DNA of 32,000 nucleotides from Candidatus Saccharimonadota bacterium (GCF_936981045.1 NZ_OW441264.1:930001-962000), one strand, 5' to 3'. Counted from the stretch's first letter, positions 8,792 through 19,646 are shown. Translations and numbers: made by a program. Notes: generated by a model not told the origin, from the letters alone.

Positions 8792-8872
8792 CATAAATGT
8801 TATTGATGATTAGATAAAATAGTATATTTCTTAGATTTTATAAATCTGTCCAGTATAATCTTTTTCTTATTT

Positions 8873-9112
8873 ACGTGAGTTCGGGATTAGATTATTTTTT
8901 CATTTGAAAATCAATATTAATAAAAATTTATAAAATTTGTTTTATAGACAGTTAAATAGGTAGTTGAATAACAAATAATTCTGGTAATCAGTTTATTATA
9001 TATATTATATTTATAAAATTAGATATAAAAACTTGTTAAATAGGTGCAAATATTAACTAAATAATTGATATTAAATTGTTGTAAATCAGTCAAATAAATC
9101 CCGAACTCACGT
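8873..9112 (+). mobile_element. 240-bp MITE, copy 2
   Basis: Same termini as copy 1. Perfect 5-bp direct duplication TATTT on both sides. Confidence 0.92.
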
Positions 9113-9140
9113 TATTTGGTAAGACTACCTAAAACCAAAA

Positions 9141-9302
9141 AAAACGCCCCTTGTAAAAAGTTGCGATCAGAAAGTGCACCTTACAGCTAAGGAGAACATC
9201 AGTTTAATGGGGGCCACATGGCAGCTTCTGTGTTTCCCAGTGTGGTTGCAACAACTTTTTGCACAGCGTTTGATTTTTTGCTGTTTTTTGATCAAGCAAA
9301 AA
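9141..9302 (+). repeat. REP-like repeat, copy B, with a ~78-bp insertion (9167..9244) in the loop of hairpin 1
   Basis: CGCCCCTTGTAAAAAGTTGC ... GCAACAACTTTTTGCACAGCG, then TTTGATTTTTTGC and GCTGTTTTTTGATCAAGCAAAAA. It aligns to copy A and its 3' end abuts MITE copy 3. Confidence 0.6.
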
Positions 9303-9542
9303 ACGTGAGTTCGGGATTAGATTATTTTTTCATTTGATAATCAATATCAATGAAAATTTATAAAATTTGTTTTATAGACAGTTAAATAGGTAGTTGAATA
9401 ACAAATAATTCTGGGAATCAGTTTATTATATATATTATATTTATAAAATTAGATATAAAAACTTGTTAAATAGGTGCAAATATTAACTAAATAATTGATA
9501 TTAAATTGTTGTAAATCAGTCAAATAAATCCCGAACTCACGT
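9303..9542 (+). mobile_element. 240-bp MITE, copy 3
   Basis: Same termini. Flanking AAAAA on both sides (low-complexity target duplication). Confidence 0.9.
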
Positions 9543-9566
9543 AAAAAGTAAGGTACATATTGCTTG

Positions 9567-11417
9567 TTACAGCTCAGGTAGGTTTTCTTCTATTCTAAGA
9601 TTATGAATAATAAAATTCCGCCGCTCTGGTGTATTTTTTCCCATATAAAAGGTTAGTAAATCTTCTAAGGCGCTATTGGTAGCTGGTGTTACAGGCACCA
9701 GCCGAATCGCTGCTCCTATAAAATGTGTAAATTCATCAGGAGATATCTCTCCTAGCCCTTTAAAACGGGTAATTTCAGGTTGTGCACCCAGTGACTTGAT
9801 GGCTACCTCTTTTTCCTGTTCGTTGTAACAATAATGGGTTGCCTTTCTGTTGCGTACTCTAAAAAGAGGTGTTTCCAGTATATAGAGGTGTCCATTATAG
9901 ACCAGTTCTGGAAAAAACTGTAGAAAATAGGTTAATATAAGTAACCGGATATGCATGCCATCTACATCCGAATCTGTAGCAATAACGATTTTGTTGTAAC
10001 GCAATCCATCCAGCCCATTGGCAATATTTAAAGCATGCTGTAATAGATTAAACTCTTCATTTTCATAAACCAGTTTTTTGGATTGTCCAAAGCAATTTAA
10101 TGGTTTGCCCCGCAATGAAAATACAGCTTGGGTTTCAACATTACGGGATTTAGTAATAGAACCACTTGCAGAATTACCTTCTGTAATGAAAATAGTACTC
10201 TGCACGCGATGGGGATGTTTAGAATTAAAATGAATATGACAGTCCCTTAGTTTTTTATTGTGTAGATTGGCTTTTTTTGTTTTTTCATGGACCAATTTTT
10301 TAATGCCAGCTATTTCCTTACGTTCACGTTCAGATTGTAGAATACGTTTTTGTAATATTTCGGCTGCGGATGGATTTTTGTGTAGATAATTATCTAATTC
10401 ACTTTTGATACAAGCAATAATAAAACTACGAATGGTTGGCCCTTCAGGGCCCATCTGTTGTGAGCCAAGCTTTGTCTTGGTTTGGGATTCAAAAATAGGG
10501 TCTTGAACCTTAATGGAAAGTGCAGCTATTAACCCTCCTCGAATATCAATGGCGTCAAACTCTTTTTTATAAAATGCCCGTACGGTTTGTACAATGGCTT
10601 CTTTTAAAGCATTTAAATGCCCCCCCCCTTGGGGAGTAAATTGCCCATTGACGAAGGTATAATAAACCTCGTTAGAGAGCGTATGGTGGTGTGTGAGCGA
10701 TAATTCAATATCCTGTTTTTTAAAATGGATGATCGGGTAAGCATAGGTTTCAGCTGCTGTTTTGGCTTGTAATAAATCCAAAAGCCCATTTCGAGAATGG
10801 TATCGCTTACCATTTAGGTTAAAAATAAGTCCTGTGTTTAAAAAGGTGTAATGGGCTATTTGTTCTTCTATATATTGGGGTACAAAAGAAAATTGCTTGA
10901 AAATAGCACAATCTGGTTTGAATATAACATGCGTTCCATTTGGCTCATTAGTAGGCAGAATTTCTGATTCTTCTAACAGAACGCCAGCAGAAAAAGTGGC
11001 TGATTTGGTTAATCCATCTCTAAAAGATTGTATTTTACAATATTCTGAAAGCGCATTCACTGCTTTTATACCCACTCCGTTTAAACCTACAGACTTTTGA
11101 AAAGCTTGGCCATCATATTTTCCTCCTGTATTAATTTTAGCCACGCAGTCTATTACTTTTCCTAATGGAATACCCCTTCCAAAGTCTCGAACAGAAACTT
11201 GGTTATCGTCAGATATTTTTATTTCAATTTTTTTTCCATAACCCATTACAAATTCATCTACACTATTATCAATGACCTCTTTGATCAATATGTAGATGCC
11301 ATCATCTGGCAGGCTACCGTCTCCTAATTTCCCAATATACATGCCAGGGCGCAACCGGAGATGTTCCTGCCAGGCTAGGGAGCGGATATTAGCTTCTGTA
11401 TAAGAAGGAATGGCCAT
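9567..11417 (-). CDS. parE: Type IIA topoisomerase B subunit, most likely DNA topoisomerase IV subunit B
   Basis: ~616 aa. GHKL ATPase N-domain ([19 protein letters not shown]) and [16 protein letters not shown]. Length and short C-terminus fit Bacteroidota ParE rather than GyrB. ATG at 11417 is preferred to the GTG at 11423. Confidence 0.78.
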   Translation of the reverse strand: MAIPSYTEANIRSLAWQEHLRLRPGMYIGKLGDGSLPDDGIYILIKEVIDNSVDEFVMGYGKKIEIKISDDNQVSVRDFGRGIPLGKVIDCVAKINTGGKYDGQAFQKSVGLNGVGIKAVNALSEYCKIQSFRDGLTKSATFSAGVLLEESEILPTNEPNGTHVIFKPDCAIFKQFSFVPQYIEEQIAHYTFLNTGLIFNLNGKRYHSRNGLLDLLQAKTAAETYAYPIIHFKKQDIELSLTHHHTLSNEVYYTFVNGQFTPQGGGHLNALKEAIVQTVRAFYKKEFDAIDIRGGLIAALSIKVQDPIFESQTKTKLGSQQMGPEGPTIRSFIIACIKSELDNYLHKNPSAAEILQKRILQSERERKEIAGIKKLVHEKTKKANLHNKKLRDCHIHFNSKHPHRVQSTIFITEGNSASGSITKSRNVETQAVFSLRGKPLNCFGQSKKLVYENEEFNLLQHALNIANGLDGLRYNKIVIATDSDVDGMHIRLLILTYFLQFFPELVYNGHLYILETPLFRVRNRKATHYCYNEQEKEVAIKSLGAQPEITRFKGLGEISPDEFTHFIGAAIRLVPVTPATNSALEDLLTFYMGKNTPERRNFIIHNLRIEENLPEL

Positions 11418-11516
11418 AAACACTATAATAAGTAGGTTAGATAGGTTATGTAAATGGTACGTTGGTACAAATTGAATAGCTGTGGTTTTTGAACCACTTC
11501 AAGCATCAAACTATAC

Positions 11517-12063
<547 letters not shown>

Positions 12064-12195
12064 TTATTTGTTTAGTATTGTTTGGTTTTTCCCTTCAAGT
12101 ATCTACCTATAATTGTCTTTTAATTCTATAAAAAATACTTTCCTTCTGTATTATTTGATGAATAAAGTTTAAAATGTACTTTTTTATATAAAGAC

Positions 12196-12360
12196 ATGGT
12201 AGAGAAAGGGAAAAATATTATTTTACGAATTAAAGATACCATACACTTGCGTAAGTTTCCAGTGAAGCATTGTTTGGCAAAAAATAGTTTCACACGCAGG
12301 AGAAAACTTACATTTCCAGTGGTATTTTCTATGATTTTGAGGTTAGTTAAAAAAGTTTAG
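12196..12360 (+). pseudogene. N-terminal fragment of the IS4-family transposase (54 codons, then TAG)
   Basis: MVEKGKN...NSFTRRRKLTFPVVFSMILRLVKKV resembles the conserved FTRNRKL...LVKKS N-terminal segment of IS4-family transposases. It is separated from the main ORF by stops and a frame change. Confidence 0.6.
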
Positions 12361-12377
12361 GTATAGAGTGTGAACTT

Positions 12378-13469
12378 ATGGAACCATCAACTTTTAAAAT
12401 TCCCCCATCCAAGCAAGCTTTTTCAAAAGCAAGATATAAAATTGCTCATACAGGATTTAAAGAATTATTGGATTTAAGCCTTCAAACAGCTTATCAAGGT
12501 GATACCTCATATGGAACATGGAGAGGTTATAGAGTTATTGCTAGAGATGGCTCCTCAGTTCGCTTGCCTGGTTCTCAAGAAATCGTCTCTAAGTTTGGTC
12601 GCCTTAACCCGAATGGAACTACAGGCACTATGCTTTCATTGGCTAGAGGTTCCCTTTTCGTTGATTTATGTACTTCTCTGATTATCAGTGCACGTTTTGC
12701 ACCTTGGCATGTGGGAGAGCAAACAATGGCAGAAGAACAATTACCTGAAGTAATTAACCAACTGCGTTCATTAGAGCAAGAAAAACTATTATTCATCTAT
12801 GATCGTGGTTATATTTCAATAAAGTTTATTGAGCAACATAATGCTTGCCAAACAGACTTTATTTTTCGTGTGCAAGAAAAAAATTATACCAATCTATGGA
12901 AAATGGTTTCATCTGGTAAATCAGATTTTGATTTTATGTTGGCAAATAATTCCAAGACAATCGGCCAAAAAGTAAGGGTCATAGCCCTTAGTTTACCCAA
13001 CGACAAACTGGAAGTATTGGTTACCTCTCTTTTTGACCGAGAAAAATTTACTGCAGACGATATCAGCAAAGCATACCTATTAAGGTGGCACATAGAGGAG
13101 TGTTATAAACGACTTAAGATAGGTTCAGAATTAGAGAATTTCTCTGGAAAAAACTTAGATGCCGTACTACAAGAGTTTTGGGCACACTTAGTGATGTGTA
13201 ATATACTATCACTTCATATGTGTGATAGACAAGGCGCTTGGAACCCAGACCAAATTGCTCAATATCGGTTAAACTTTTCCGTTTTATTTGGTGTAATGAG
13301 GCAGAAACTGTATCAGGTTCTTGTTGGCGATTGCTCTCCCAAGAGCTTTCAGAGACTTTTTAATAGAGCCAGTATACGTGCTAAAATTAAAATCCGGATA
13401 AGTCGATTATATAGTCGAGATAAGGTCGATAAACCTAGACGGAATCATGTTTTTAGAAGAGTTTGCTAA
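12378..13469 (+). CDS. IS4-family DDE transposase, main body (363 aa, N-terminally truncated relative to family)
   Basis: PSKQAFSKARYKI, DGSSVRLP, IYDRGY and AYLLRWHIEECYKRLK (the Y-R-E-K signature region) are typical of IS4-family DDE_Tnp_1 proteins. Confidence 0.82.
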   Translation: MEPSTFKIPPSKQAFSKARYKIAHTGFKELLDLSLQTAYQGDTSYGTWRGYRVIARDGSSVRLPGSQEIVSKFGRLNPNGTTGTMLSLARGSLFVDLCTSLIISARFAPWHVGEQTMAEEQLPEVINQLRSLEQEKLLFIYDRGYISIKFIEQHNACQTDFIFRVQEKNYTNLWKMVSSGKSDFDFMLANNSKTIGQKVRVIALSLPNDKLEVLVTSLFDREKFTADDISKAYLLRWHIEECYKRLKIGSELENFSGKNLDAVLQEFWAHLVMCNILSLHMCDRQGAWNPDQIAQYRLNFSVLFGVMRQKLYQVLVGDCSPKSFQRLFNRASIRAKIKIRISRLYSRDKVDKPRRNHVFRRVC

Positions 13470-13551
13470 CCAATAAACCCTTAAGTTGACGCTATTGCCT
13501 GTTCAGACGCCTGGTTCATATAAGATAAATGTCGCCATAGTAAAAAAATTA

Positions 13552-14028
13552 ATGCCCCCAAAACCTACCTTTGATCATATTTTTATGTCATTGGCCATTC
13601 AATTGGCCGAACGCTCACATTGCGTTAAAAAGAAGGTAGGTGCTGTATTAACAAAAGATACCCGAATTATTTCCATAGGATACAATGGCCCACCAACAGG
13701 GTCCTATAATTGCGATGAAATATGGCCTAAAACAGGTTGTGCTAGGAATATAAAAGGGAGTTGTTCTTTAGCCATTCATGCAGAACAAAATGCTGTTCTT
13801 TATGCATTAACCAATCATGTCAGTGTAAAAGATGGTGTGCTGTACACTACCCTTTCGCCATGTCTGCCTTGTGCCCGCCTTATATTTAGTGTAGATATTA
13901 AAAAAGTTGTATACAAGGATTCTTATGCAGCCTATAAAAACCTGGATTGTGAGGAAGGGTTAAATTTTCTACATGAATTTGGTATCATGGTAGCACAATA
14001 TGACCCACATAGGGACATAAGCTTTTAG
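13552..14028 (+). CDS. Deoxycytidylate (dCMP) deaminase / ComEB-type cytidine-deoxycytidylate deaminase
   Basis: HAEQNAV and SPCLPCARLI zinc-binding motifs. ATG at 13552 is used because the ORF track TTG start at 13486 lies inside the IS4 right IR. Confidence 0.85.
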   Translation: MPPKPTFDHIFMSLAIQLAERSHCVKKKVGAVLTKDTRIISIGYNGPPTGSYNCDEIWPKTGCARNIKGSCSLAIHAEQNAVLYALTNHVSVKDGVLYTTLSPCLPCARLIFSVDIKKVVYKDSYAAYKNLDCEEGLNFLHEFGIMVAQYDPHRDISF

Positions 14029-14267
14029 AATTACTGGGATTACTGCTCTATAGTAGATAAGTTGAAAACTTGGTTAAAGAGATGCTCGAAATAGATCCCT
14101 TGATTATATTGTAAATATATCTTAAAACTGTGCTTTAAATAAGCCTTAGGAGGAAGTATTCCCTAAACTGTGTCAGAGTACCGATCTATCTCAACTCGAA
14201 CTTTAACCTACCCGGAAAAAAGATGTCGAGCTAAGATATCGTTAATGCCCATGCTCGCACGGGCATA

Positions 14268-14665
14268 AGTAAAAGCTTTTCTTTTAAACGTGAGTTCGGG
14301 ATTAGATTATTTTTTCATTTGATAATCAATATTAATAAAAATTTATAAAATTTGTTTTATAGACAGTTAAATAGGTGGTTTAATAACAAATAATTCTGAT
14401 AATCAGTTTATTATATATATTATATTTATAGAATTAGATATAAAAACTTGTTAAATAGGTGCAAATATTAACTAAATAATTGATATTAAATTGTTGTAAA
14501 TCAGTCAAATAAATCCCGAACTCACGTTTTAAGTGAAGTTTTGGATATATATTGGTTATTATTCGGCCATTAGCATAACAAAATTCTCAAAAGTAGAAAG
14601 ATGATTTTTAGCTCCGATTACTTGTCCTTTTTGAATCATAGGAATGTTTTCTATCTCTACAATGG
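14268..14665 (-). mobile_element. Old, diverged IS6 right-end remnant, split by MITE copy 5
   Basis: 14528..14665 aligns, with roughly 15 % mismatches by eye, to the reverse complement of the IS6 3' end (TTTAAGT.AA.TTTTGGATAT...CTCAAAAGTAGAAAGATGATTTTTAGCTCC...TTTTTGAATCATA). 14268..14287 continues the alignment on the other side of the MITE. Confidence 0.65.
14288..14527 (+). mobile_element. 240-bp MITE, copy 5
   Basis: Same termini. Perfect 5-bp duplication TTTAA. Inserted within the IS6 remnant. Confidence 0.92.
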
Positions 14666-14832
14666 TCTAGAGTAAAGAAATGGTTGGACCACTTAAAATT
14701 AAGCATATCTATTGCTTCTGATTGCTCGCAATACAGTAGCTGACTAACTTGATTCTTCATTGTTTACCCATTCCCTTCTCATCCCAAGGTACGTTCAGTT
14801 TTCCCGAATACGGCGGTCCGACAGTCTTCTTC

Positions 14833-15072
14833 ACCTGAGTTCGGGATTAGATTATTTTTTCATTTGATAATCAATATCAATGAAAATTTATAAAATTTGT
14901 TTTATAGACAGTTAAATAGGTAGTTGAATAACAAATAATTCTGGTAATCAGTTTATTATATATATTATTTTTATAAAATTAGGTGTAAAAACTTGTTAAA
15001 TAGGTGCAAATATTAACTAAATAATTGATATTAAATTGTTGTAAATCAGTCAAATAAATCCCGAACTCACGT
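14833..15072 (+). mobile_element. 240-bp MITE, copy 6 (variant left terminus ACCTGAG)
   Basis: Left end ACCTGAGTTCGGGATT, right end AATCCCGAACTCACGT. Flanks TCTTC/ATAAA (no duplication). Confidence 0.88.
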
Positions 15073-15487
15073 ATAAATGCTATTTCTGCCACTTGTTGGA
15101 CTCTTTCTTTTTACAAAGTAAAAACCTATGAAGTTAAAGCCTTCTTTCAGTTTCGTTATTCGTGTCTTTTGGTGGTTAATAATGAGCGATAACCTCTTTA
15201 CTAATTCTATGAATTTCTCCAGCGCTAAGCTAGCACTCTTACGACATACCAAAATTGCATCATCACAATACCTATGCAAGGTTGCGCTTAGCTTTTCTGG
15301 ATACCCCCTTGAGTGCCACACTTGGTCTATAACATTTAGGTAGATATTACTATACAACGGTGATATTGGTGATCCTTGCGGTACTCCAACTTTCTTGCAT
15401 GTAATTTTACCTTGTTTTACTATTGACGTTGTTAGGGTTTGTTTAATTAGCTTCAACATACTGCCATCTGCTATCCTTTTACTAATA
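15073..15487 (-). pseudogene. Group II intron-type reverse transcriptase fragment (RT domains ~3-7 only)
   Basis: Minus-strand translation ...KRIADGSMLKLIKQ...GVPQGSPISPLYSNIYLN...HRYCDDAILVC...FNFIGFYF shows the RT palm motifs, including the YxDD box. It is cut on both sides by MITE copies 6 and 7. Confidence 0.8.
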
Positions 15488-15727
15488 ACCTGAGTTCGGG
15501 ATTAGATTATTTTTTCATTTGATAATCAATATTAATAAAAATTTATAAAATTTGTTTTATAGACAGTTAAATAGGTAGTTGAATAACAAATAATTCTGAT
15601 AATCAGTTTATTATATATATTATTTTTATAAAATTAGATATAAAAACTTGTTAAATAGGTGCAAATATTAACTAAATAATTGATATTAAATTGTTGTAAA
15701 TCAGTCAAATAAATCCCGAACTCACGT
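15488..15727 (+). mobile_element. 240-bp MITE, copy 7 (variant left terminus ACCTGAG)
   Basis: Same structure as copy 6. Flanks TAATA/TTTTA (no duplication). Confidence 0.88.
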
Positions 15728-15738
15728 TTTTAGTGCTT

Positions 15739-15763
15739 TTTTTAGAATAAACGCGACAGAACC
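15739..15763 (-). repeat. Solo IS6 left terminal repeat (~25 bp)
   Basis: TTTTTAGAATAAACGCGACAGAACC equals the reverse complement of the first 25 nt of the IS6 copies. Homology stops there. Confidence 0.75.
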
Positions 15764-16054
15764 ACTACAAGTGCAACCATTGTGCAATGAACCGACATAG
15801 CTATGCTTTACATTACTGATCCTCTACATTTCACCTAAACCAGAGTACATAACCATACATGCACTAATTTTTCAGATGTTTTTACCATATACTTTAAAAA
15901 ATTATTTTTATATCTTGCAGTTTTTTATTGCATTCGTTTTATATCCTTTAACAACGATTTTCAGATGTAAATGATGTATGACAGTGCATAGGGTAAATGG
16001 GCTATATTGGAATTTTTTTCAGGAAGGTGCTTGTATACCCGCTTGAACTTATAA

Positions 16055-16882
16055 ATGGTCTCCATGCAACTTAGATTTGCCAAGTATCAAGCTTGCGGAA
16101 ATGATTTTATTATCATTAATAATTTCCAAGATCAGTATTGTACATATAGCCCTATGGTAACCCAAAAACTGTGCCATCGCCAATTTGGTATTGGTGCAGA
16201 TGGGATCATTACCATTGAAAAAAAGATAGGTTGTGACTTTGCCCTATTGCACTATAATGCAGATGGTAGCCAAGGTGGGGGGCTGTGTGCTAATGGCAGT
16301 CGGTCAGCGCTTCACTATGCACAGCAACTAGGCATCGTGGATAAAAAAGCTGATTTTATCGCTATAGACGGCTTACACACAGGTTATATATGTAATGACC
16401 TAGTGTACTTAACCTTACAGGATGTAGATGTGATTCAACCACTAGACAGCGGCTATTTCCTGGACAATGGCACACGCCATTATGTAGAGAGGGTAGATGC
16501 GATTCAAACTGTTAATATGCAAGAAGTTGGTTTCCCAAGAAGAAATAGGCACCCATTCGAAAAAGAGGGTGTCAATCTCAATTTTGTGCAATTAGCTGAA
16601 GAAGATACTATTCTAGTCCGCACGTGTGAATGTGGATTGGCATCAGAACCACTGTCTTGTGGTACAGGAGCAGTCGCTAGCGCCCTGGTTTTCAGTGCCT
16701 ATTATGGCTTAAACAGCCCTATAACCGTAATCACTAAAGGCGGCAAACTGCAAGTAACCTTTATGCGACTATCTGAAGGCCTTTTTACCCATATTCATTT
16801 GATTGGGCGTGTGTATCAATCTTTTCATGGCATGGTTAACCCAACCACCCTGCCACCCATTAGCGAATGGAATAAGCTATAG
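16055..16882 (+). CDS. dapF: Diaminopimelate epimerase
   Basis: N-terminus FAKYQACGNDFIIIN. Both catalytic Cys contexts are present (NADGSQGGGLCANG and SCGTGAVAS). An alternative start exists at 16064. Confidence 0.88.
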   Translation: MVSMQLRFAKYQACGNDFIIINNFQDQYCTYSPMVTQKLCHRQFGIGADGIITIEKKIGCDFALLHYNADGSQGGGLCANGSRSALHYAQQLGIVDKKADFIAIDGLHTGYICNDLVYLTLQDVDVIQPLDSGYFLDNGTRHYVERVDAIQTVNMQEVGFPRRNRHPFEKEGVNLNFVQLAEEDTILVRTCECGLASEPLSCGTGAVASALVFSAYYGLNSPITVITKGGKLQVTFMRLSEGLFTHIHLIGRVYQSFHGMVNPTTLPPISEWNKL

Positions 16883-16902
16883 CAATTTGACCTTATATAA
16901 AA

Positions 16903-18135
16903 ATGATTCATTTCGAAAAATTTACTTTATCCAATGGCCTACAAGTTATTGTACATGAAGATCCAACCAGCCATATTGCGGTAATGAACCTAATGTATGA
17001 CGTAGGCGCGCGAGATGAGCACCCCTTAAAAACAGGTTTTGCCCACCTGGTTGAACACTTGATGTTTGGTGGATCTTGTAACATTCCCGTTTACGATACC
17101 CCTTTACAACAAGTAGGCGGTGACAACAATGCCTATACGACTACAGACTTAACCAATTATTATTGTTCCCTACCTGCTATTAACCTAGAAACAGCTTTTT
17201 GGCTTGAGTCCGACCGCATGCTTGGACTTGCATTTAATGAAAAATCACTAGAAGTACAACGCAAAGTAGTAATAGAGGAGTTTAAAGAACATTATCTCAA
17301 CCAACCTTACGGTGATGCATGGCACCATTTAACCAATATGGCCTATACAACACATCCCTACAAATGGCCCACCATTGGTCAATCATTAAGCCACATAGAG
17401 GGTGCTACTATGGATGATGTAAAAGCCTTTTTTTACAAATTCTATAGACCCAATCATGCGATTTTAGTAGTTGCGGGCAAGGTGACCCAATCACAAGTAG
17501 CCAAATTATGTAAAAAATGGTTTGAACCCATTCTAGCTGGCCCTCCTTACCATAGATCCCTACCTCAAGAACCAGATCAAGTGCTACCTAGGCGAAAAGT
17601 AGTTCAAGAGGCTGTACCCTTCCCTATACTGTATAAAGCCTACCATATGCCAGGCAAAGGTATGTCTGGTTACTATGCAGCAGAAATATTATGCTACCTA
17701 CTCAACGAAGGAAAGTCTGCTTTGCTACATGCAAACCTTGTAGACAAACAAGCCCTTTATACTAGAATAGACGCCTATACTACAGAATCATTTGACCCCG
17801 GCCTATTGGTCATTAGTGGCAGTTTAGCCCCAAATGTACCATTCGAAGCATCGGAAAGCGCTTTAATAGAAGTATTGAAAAAAATCAAGCATACAACCCC
17901 TACTGCATTAGAAAAAGTAAAAAATCAGATGGAGGCAGCATTAATCTTTGGTCAAGTAAATCTCGTACATCGTGCACAAGAATTGGCAGTAGCTACCTTA
18001 CAAGGTGATACCAACTTAGTAAACAAGAAAATTGAGTACATTAGGCAGATTGCGTTAGAAGCGGTTCAAACCATCGCTGAAATGATTTTACAAGAACAAA
18101 ATTGCACTACGCTCCACTACCAAACCATTTCATAA
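16903..18135 (+). CDS. M16-family (pitrilysin/insulinase-like) zinc peptidase
   Basis: 410 aa with the inverted zinc motif HLVEHLMF (HxxEH) near the N-terminus. Confidence 0.88.
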   Translation: MIHFEKFTLSNGLQVIVHEDPTSHIAVMNLMYDVGARDEHPLKTGFAHLVEHLMFGGSCNIPVYDTPLQQVGGDNNAYTTTDLTNYYCSLPAINLETAFWLESDRMLGLAFNEKSLEVQRKVVIEEFKEHYLNQPYGDAWHHLTNMAYTTHPYKWPTIGQSLSHIEGATMDDVKAFFYKFYRPNHAILVVAGKVTQSQVAKLCKKWFEPILAGPPYHRSLPQEPDQVLPRRKVVQEAVPFPILYKAYHMPGKGMSGYYAAEILCYLLNEGKSALLHANLVDKQALYTRIDAYTTESFDPGLLVISGSLAPNVPFEASESALIEVLKKIKHTTPTALEKVKNQMEAALIFGQVNLVHRAQELAVATLQGDTNLVNKKIEYIRQIALEAVQTIAEMILQEQNCTTLHYQTIS

Positions 18136-18166
18136 GCCAACCGGAGGAACAAAAATTACATATATT

Positions 18167-19501
18167 ATGTTTCAGAGTCTTAGTAAAAATCTAGAAAAAG
18201 CCATAAAGTCCTTAAAAGGGCAAGGTCGTATTACAGAAATAAACATTGCTTCTACTATAAAAGAAATCCGTAGAAGTCTAGTTCAGGCAGACGTACATTA
18301 CAAAGTAGCCAAGCAAGTCACAGATGATATTAAACAAAAAGCCATTGGAACCAATGTGATTACATCTGTTTCGCCGGGTCAGCTTTTTACAAAGCTAGTC
18401 CAGGATGCCTTAACGGATTTAATGGGTGGCATACATAGTGAAGTGCGTCTTACGGGTCATCCAGCTATAATATTGATAGCCGGACTACAAGGGGCCGGAA
18501 AAACAACTTTAACAGGTAAGTTGGCACATTACTACAAAAAGAAAAACAAAACACCCCTCTTAGTGGCTTGTGACGTCTATAGACCCGCAGCAGTTGACCA
18601 ACTTAAAACACTAGGCGCGGGGCTTAATATAAGCGTTTATACAGAGCCAGAAGAAAAAAATCCTTGTACTATTGCGCAAAATGCTATTCAAGAAGCTAAA
18701 AATAAGGCTATGGACCTTGTGATTGTAGATACCGCAGGTCGTTTGTCTATTGACGAAGGGATGATGCAGGAGATTCGCATGCTTAAAGAAAGCTTAAACC
18801 CCTCTGAAACACTTTTTGTCGTAGACGCTATGGCAGGCCAAGAAGCAGTTACTACGGCGCAAGCTTTTAATGAGCAGCTTAACTTTGATGGTGTAGTACT
18901 TACCAAGCTAGATGGAGATGCCCGTGGAGGTGCAGCACTTTCCATTCGTAGTGTAGTACATAAACCTATTAAGTTTATCAGTACAGGTGAAAAGATGCAG
19001 GATCTAGATCTTTTTCATCCAGACCGCATGGCCAGTCGTATTCTGGGCATGGGGGATGTGATCTCCTTTGTAGAACGCACAGAAGAAGTCTATAATAAAG
19101 AACAACAACGTAGCTTACAGCAAAAAATAAAAACCAATCAATTTAATTTGGAAGATTTGGCCAAACAAATTCAGCAAATTAAAAAAATGGGCAATCTACA
19201 AGAAATGGTGAGCATGCTACCAGGCCTAGGAAAAATAATGCCAGATCTACCCTTAGAAGAGGATCTATTTAAAAACTGTGAAGTAATCATAGCCTCTATG
19301 ACACCTAAAGAAAGACAAAATCCCCATATTATAGATCGAAGCCGTCGTGAACGTGTTGCACGTGGCAGCGGGAAAACTACCCAAGAGGTGAATCAATTGC
19401 TCAAACAGTTTGATATGATCTATAAAATCATGAAAAAAGTAGATAAGAAAGGATTCAATGTGTTGACGAACTTACCAGGATTGCTTAAAAAAACAAGATG
19501 A
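18167..19501 (+). CDS. ffh: Signal recognition particle protein Ffh
   Basis: 444 aa. N and G domains (GLQGAGKTT, DTAGR, TKLDGDARGG) and a Met-rich M domain. Confidence 0.95.
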   Translation: MFQSLSKNLEKAIKSLKGQGRITEINIASTIKEIRRSLVQADVHYKVAKQVTDDIKQKAIGTNVITSVSPGQLFTKLVQDALTDLMGGIHSEVRLTGHPAIILIAGLQGAGKTTLTGKLAHYYKKKNKTPLLVACDVYRPAAVDQLKTLGAGLNISVYTEPEEKNPCTIAQNAIQEAKNKAMDLVIVDTAGRLSIDEGMMQEIRMLKESLNPSETLFVVDAMAGQEAVTTAQAFNEQLNFDGVVLTKLDGDARGGAALSIRSVVHKPIKFISTGEKMQDLDLFHPDRMASRILGMGDVISFVERTEEVYNKEQQRSLQQKIKTNQFNLEDLAKQIQQIKKMGNLQEMVSMLPGLGKIMPDLPLEEDLFKNCEVIIASMTPKERQNPHIIDRSRRERVARGSGKTTQEVNQLLKQFDMIYKIMKKVDKKGFNVLTNLPGLLKKTR

Positions 19502-19514
19502 GCATCAGCCCTAC

Positions 19515-19537
19515 TGGCCTACTTTAGGCCAATTTTA
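19515..19537 (+). terminator. Possible intrinsic terminator of ffh
   Basis: Hairpin TGGCCT-ACTTT-AGGCCA followed by ATTTTA, 14 nt after the ffh stop. Short stem and weak T-tract. Confidence 0.3.
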
Positions 19538-19646
19538 AACAAATAAAAAATTAAGTAATAGCTATAACCCAAATTTAAATTTGCCAATGGATGATTTTAT
19601 GGTTAAATTTGCTTAGGCCAGGTTTAAATTTACTGTAATAAACGCT

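Noticed and set aside
13486-13551. Longer dCMP deaminase ORF starting with TTG at 13486.
   Set aside because: That start lies inside the IS4 right terminal repeat. The family-typical N-terminus begins at ATG 13552.
14029-14267. 240-bp non-coding stretch after the dCMP deaminase gene, inspected for small RNAs (SRP RNA, tmRNA, RNase P) and for a group II intron 5' end (minus-strand GTGCGAGC at about 14266).
   Set aside because: No conserved RNA motifs were recognised. The GTGCG-containing palindrome ATGCCC...GGGCAT is better explained as the decayed terminal region of the IS6 remnant.
14760-14832. Minus-strand GGACCGCCGTATTCGGGAAAACTGAACGTACC looked like a second group II domain V next to the RT fragment.
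   Set aside because: The required lower helix cannot be formed (CCG has no CGG partner) and the AGC triad is absent, so it is not called. The nature of region 14666-14832 remains unknown.
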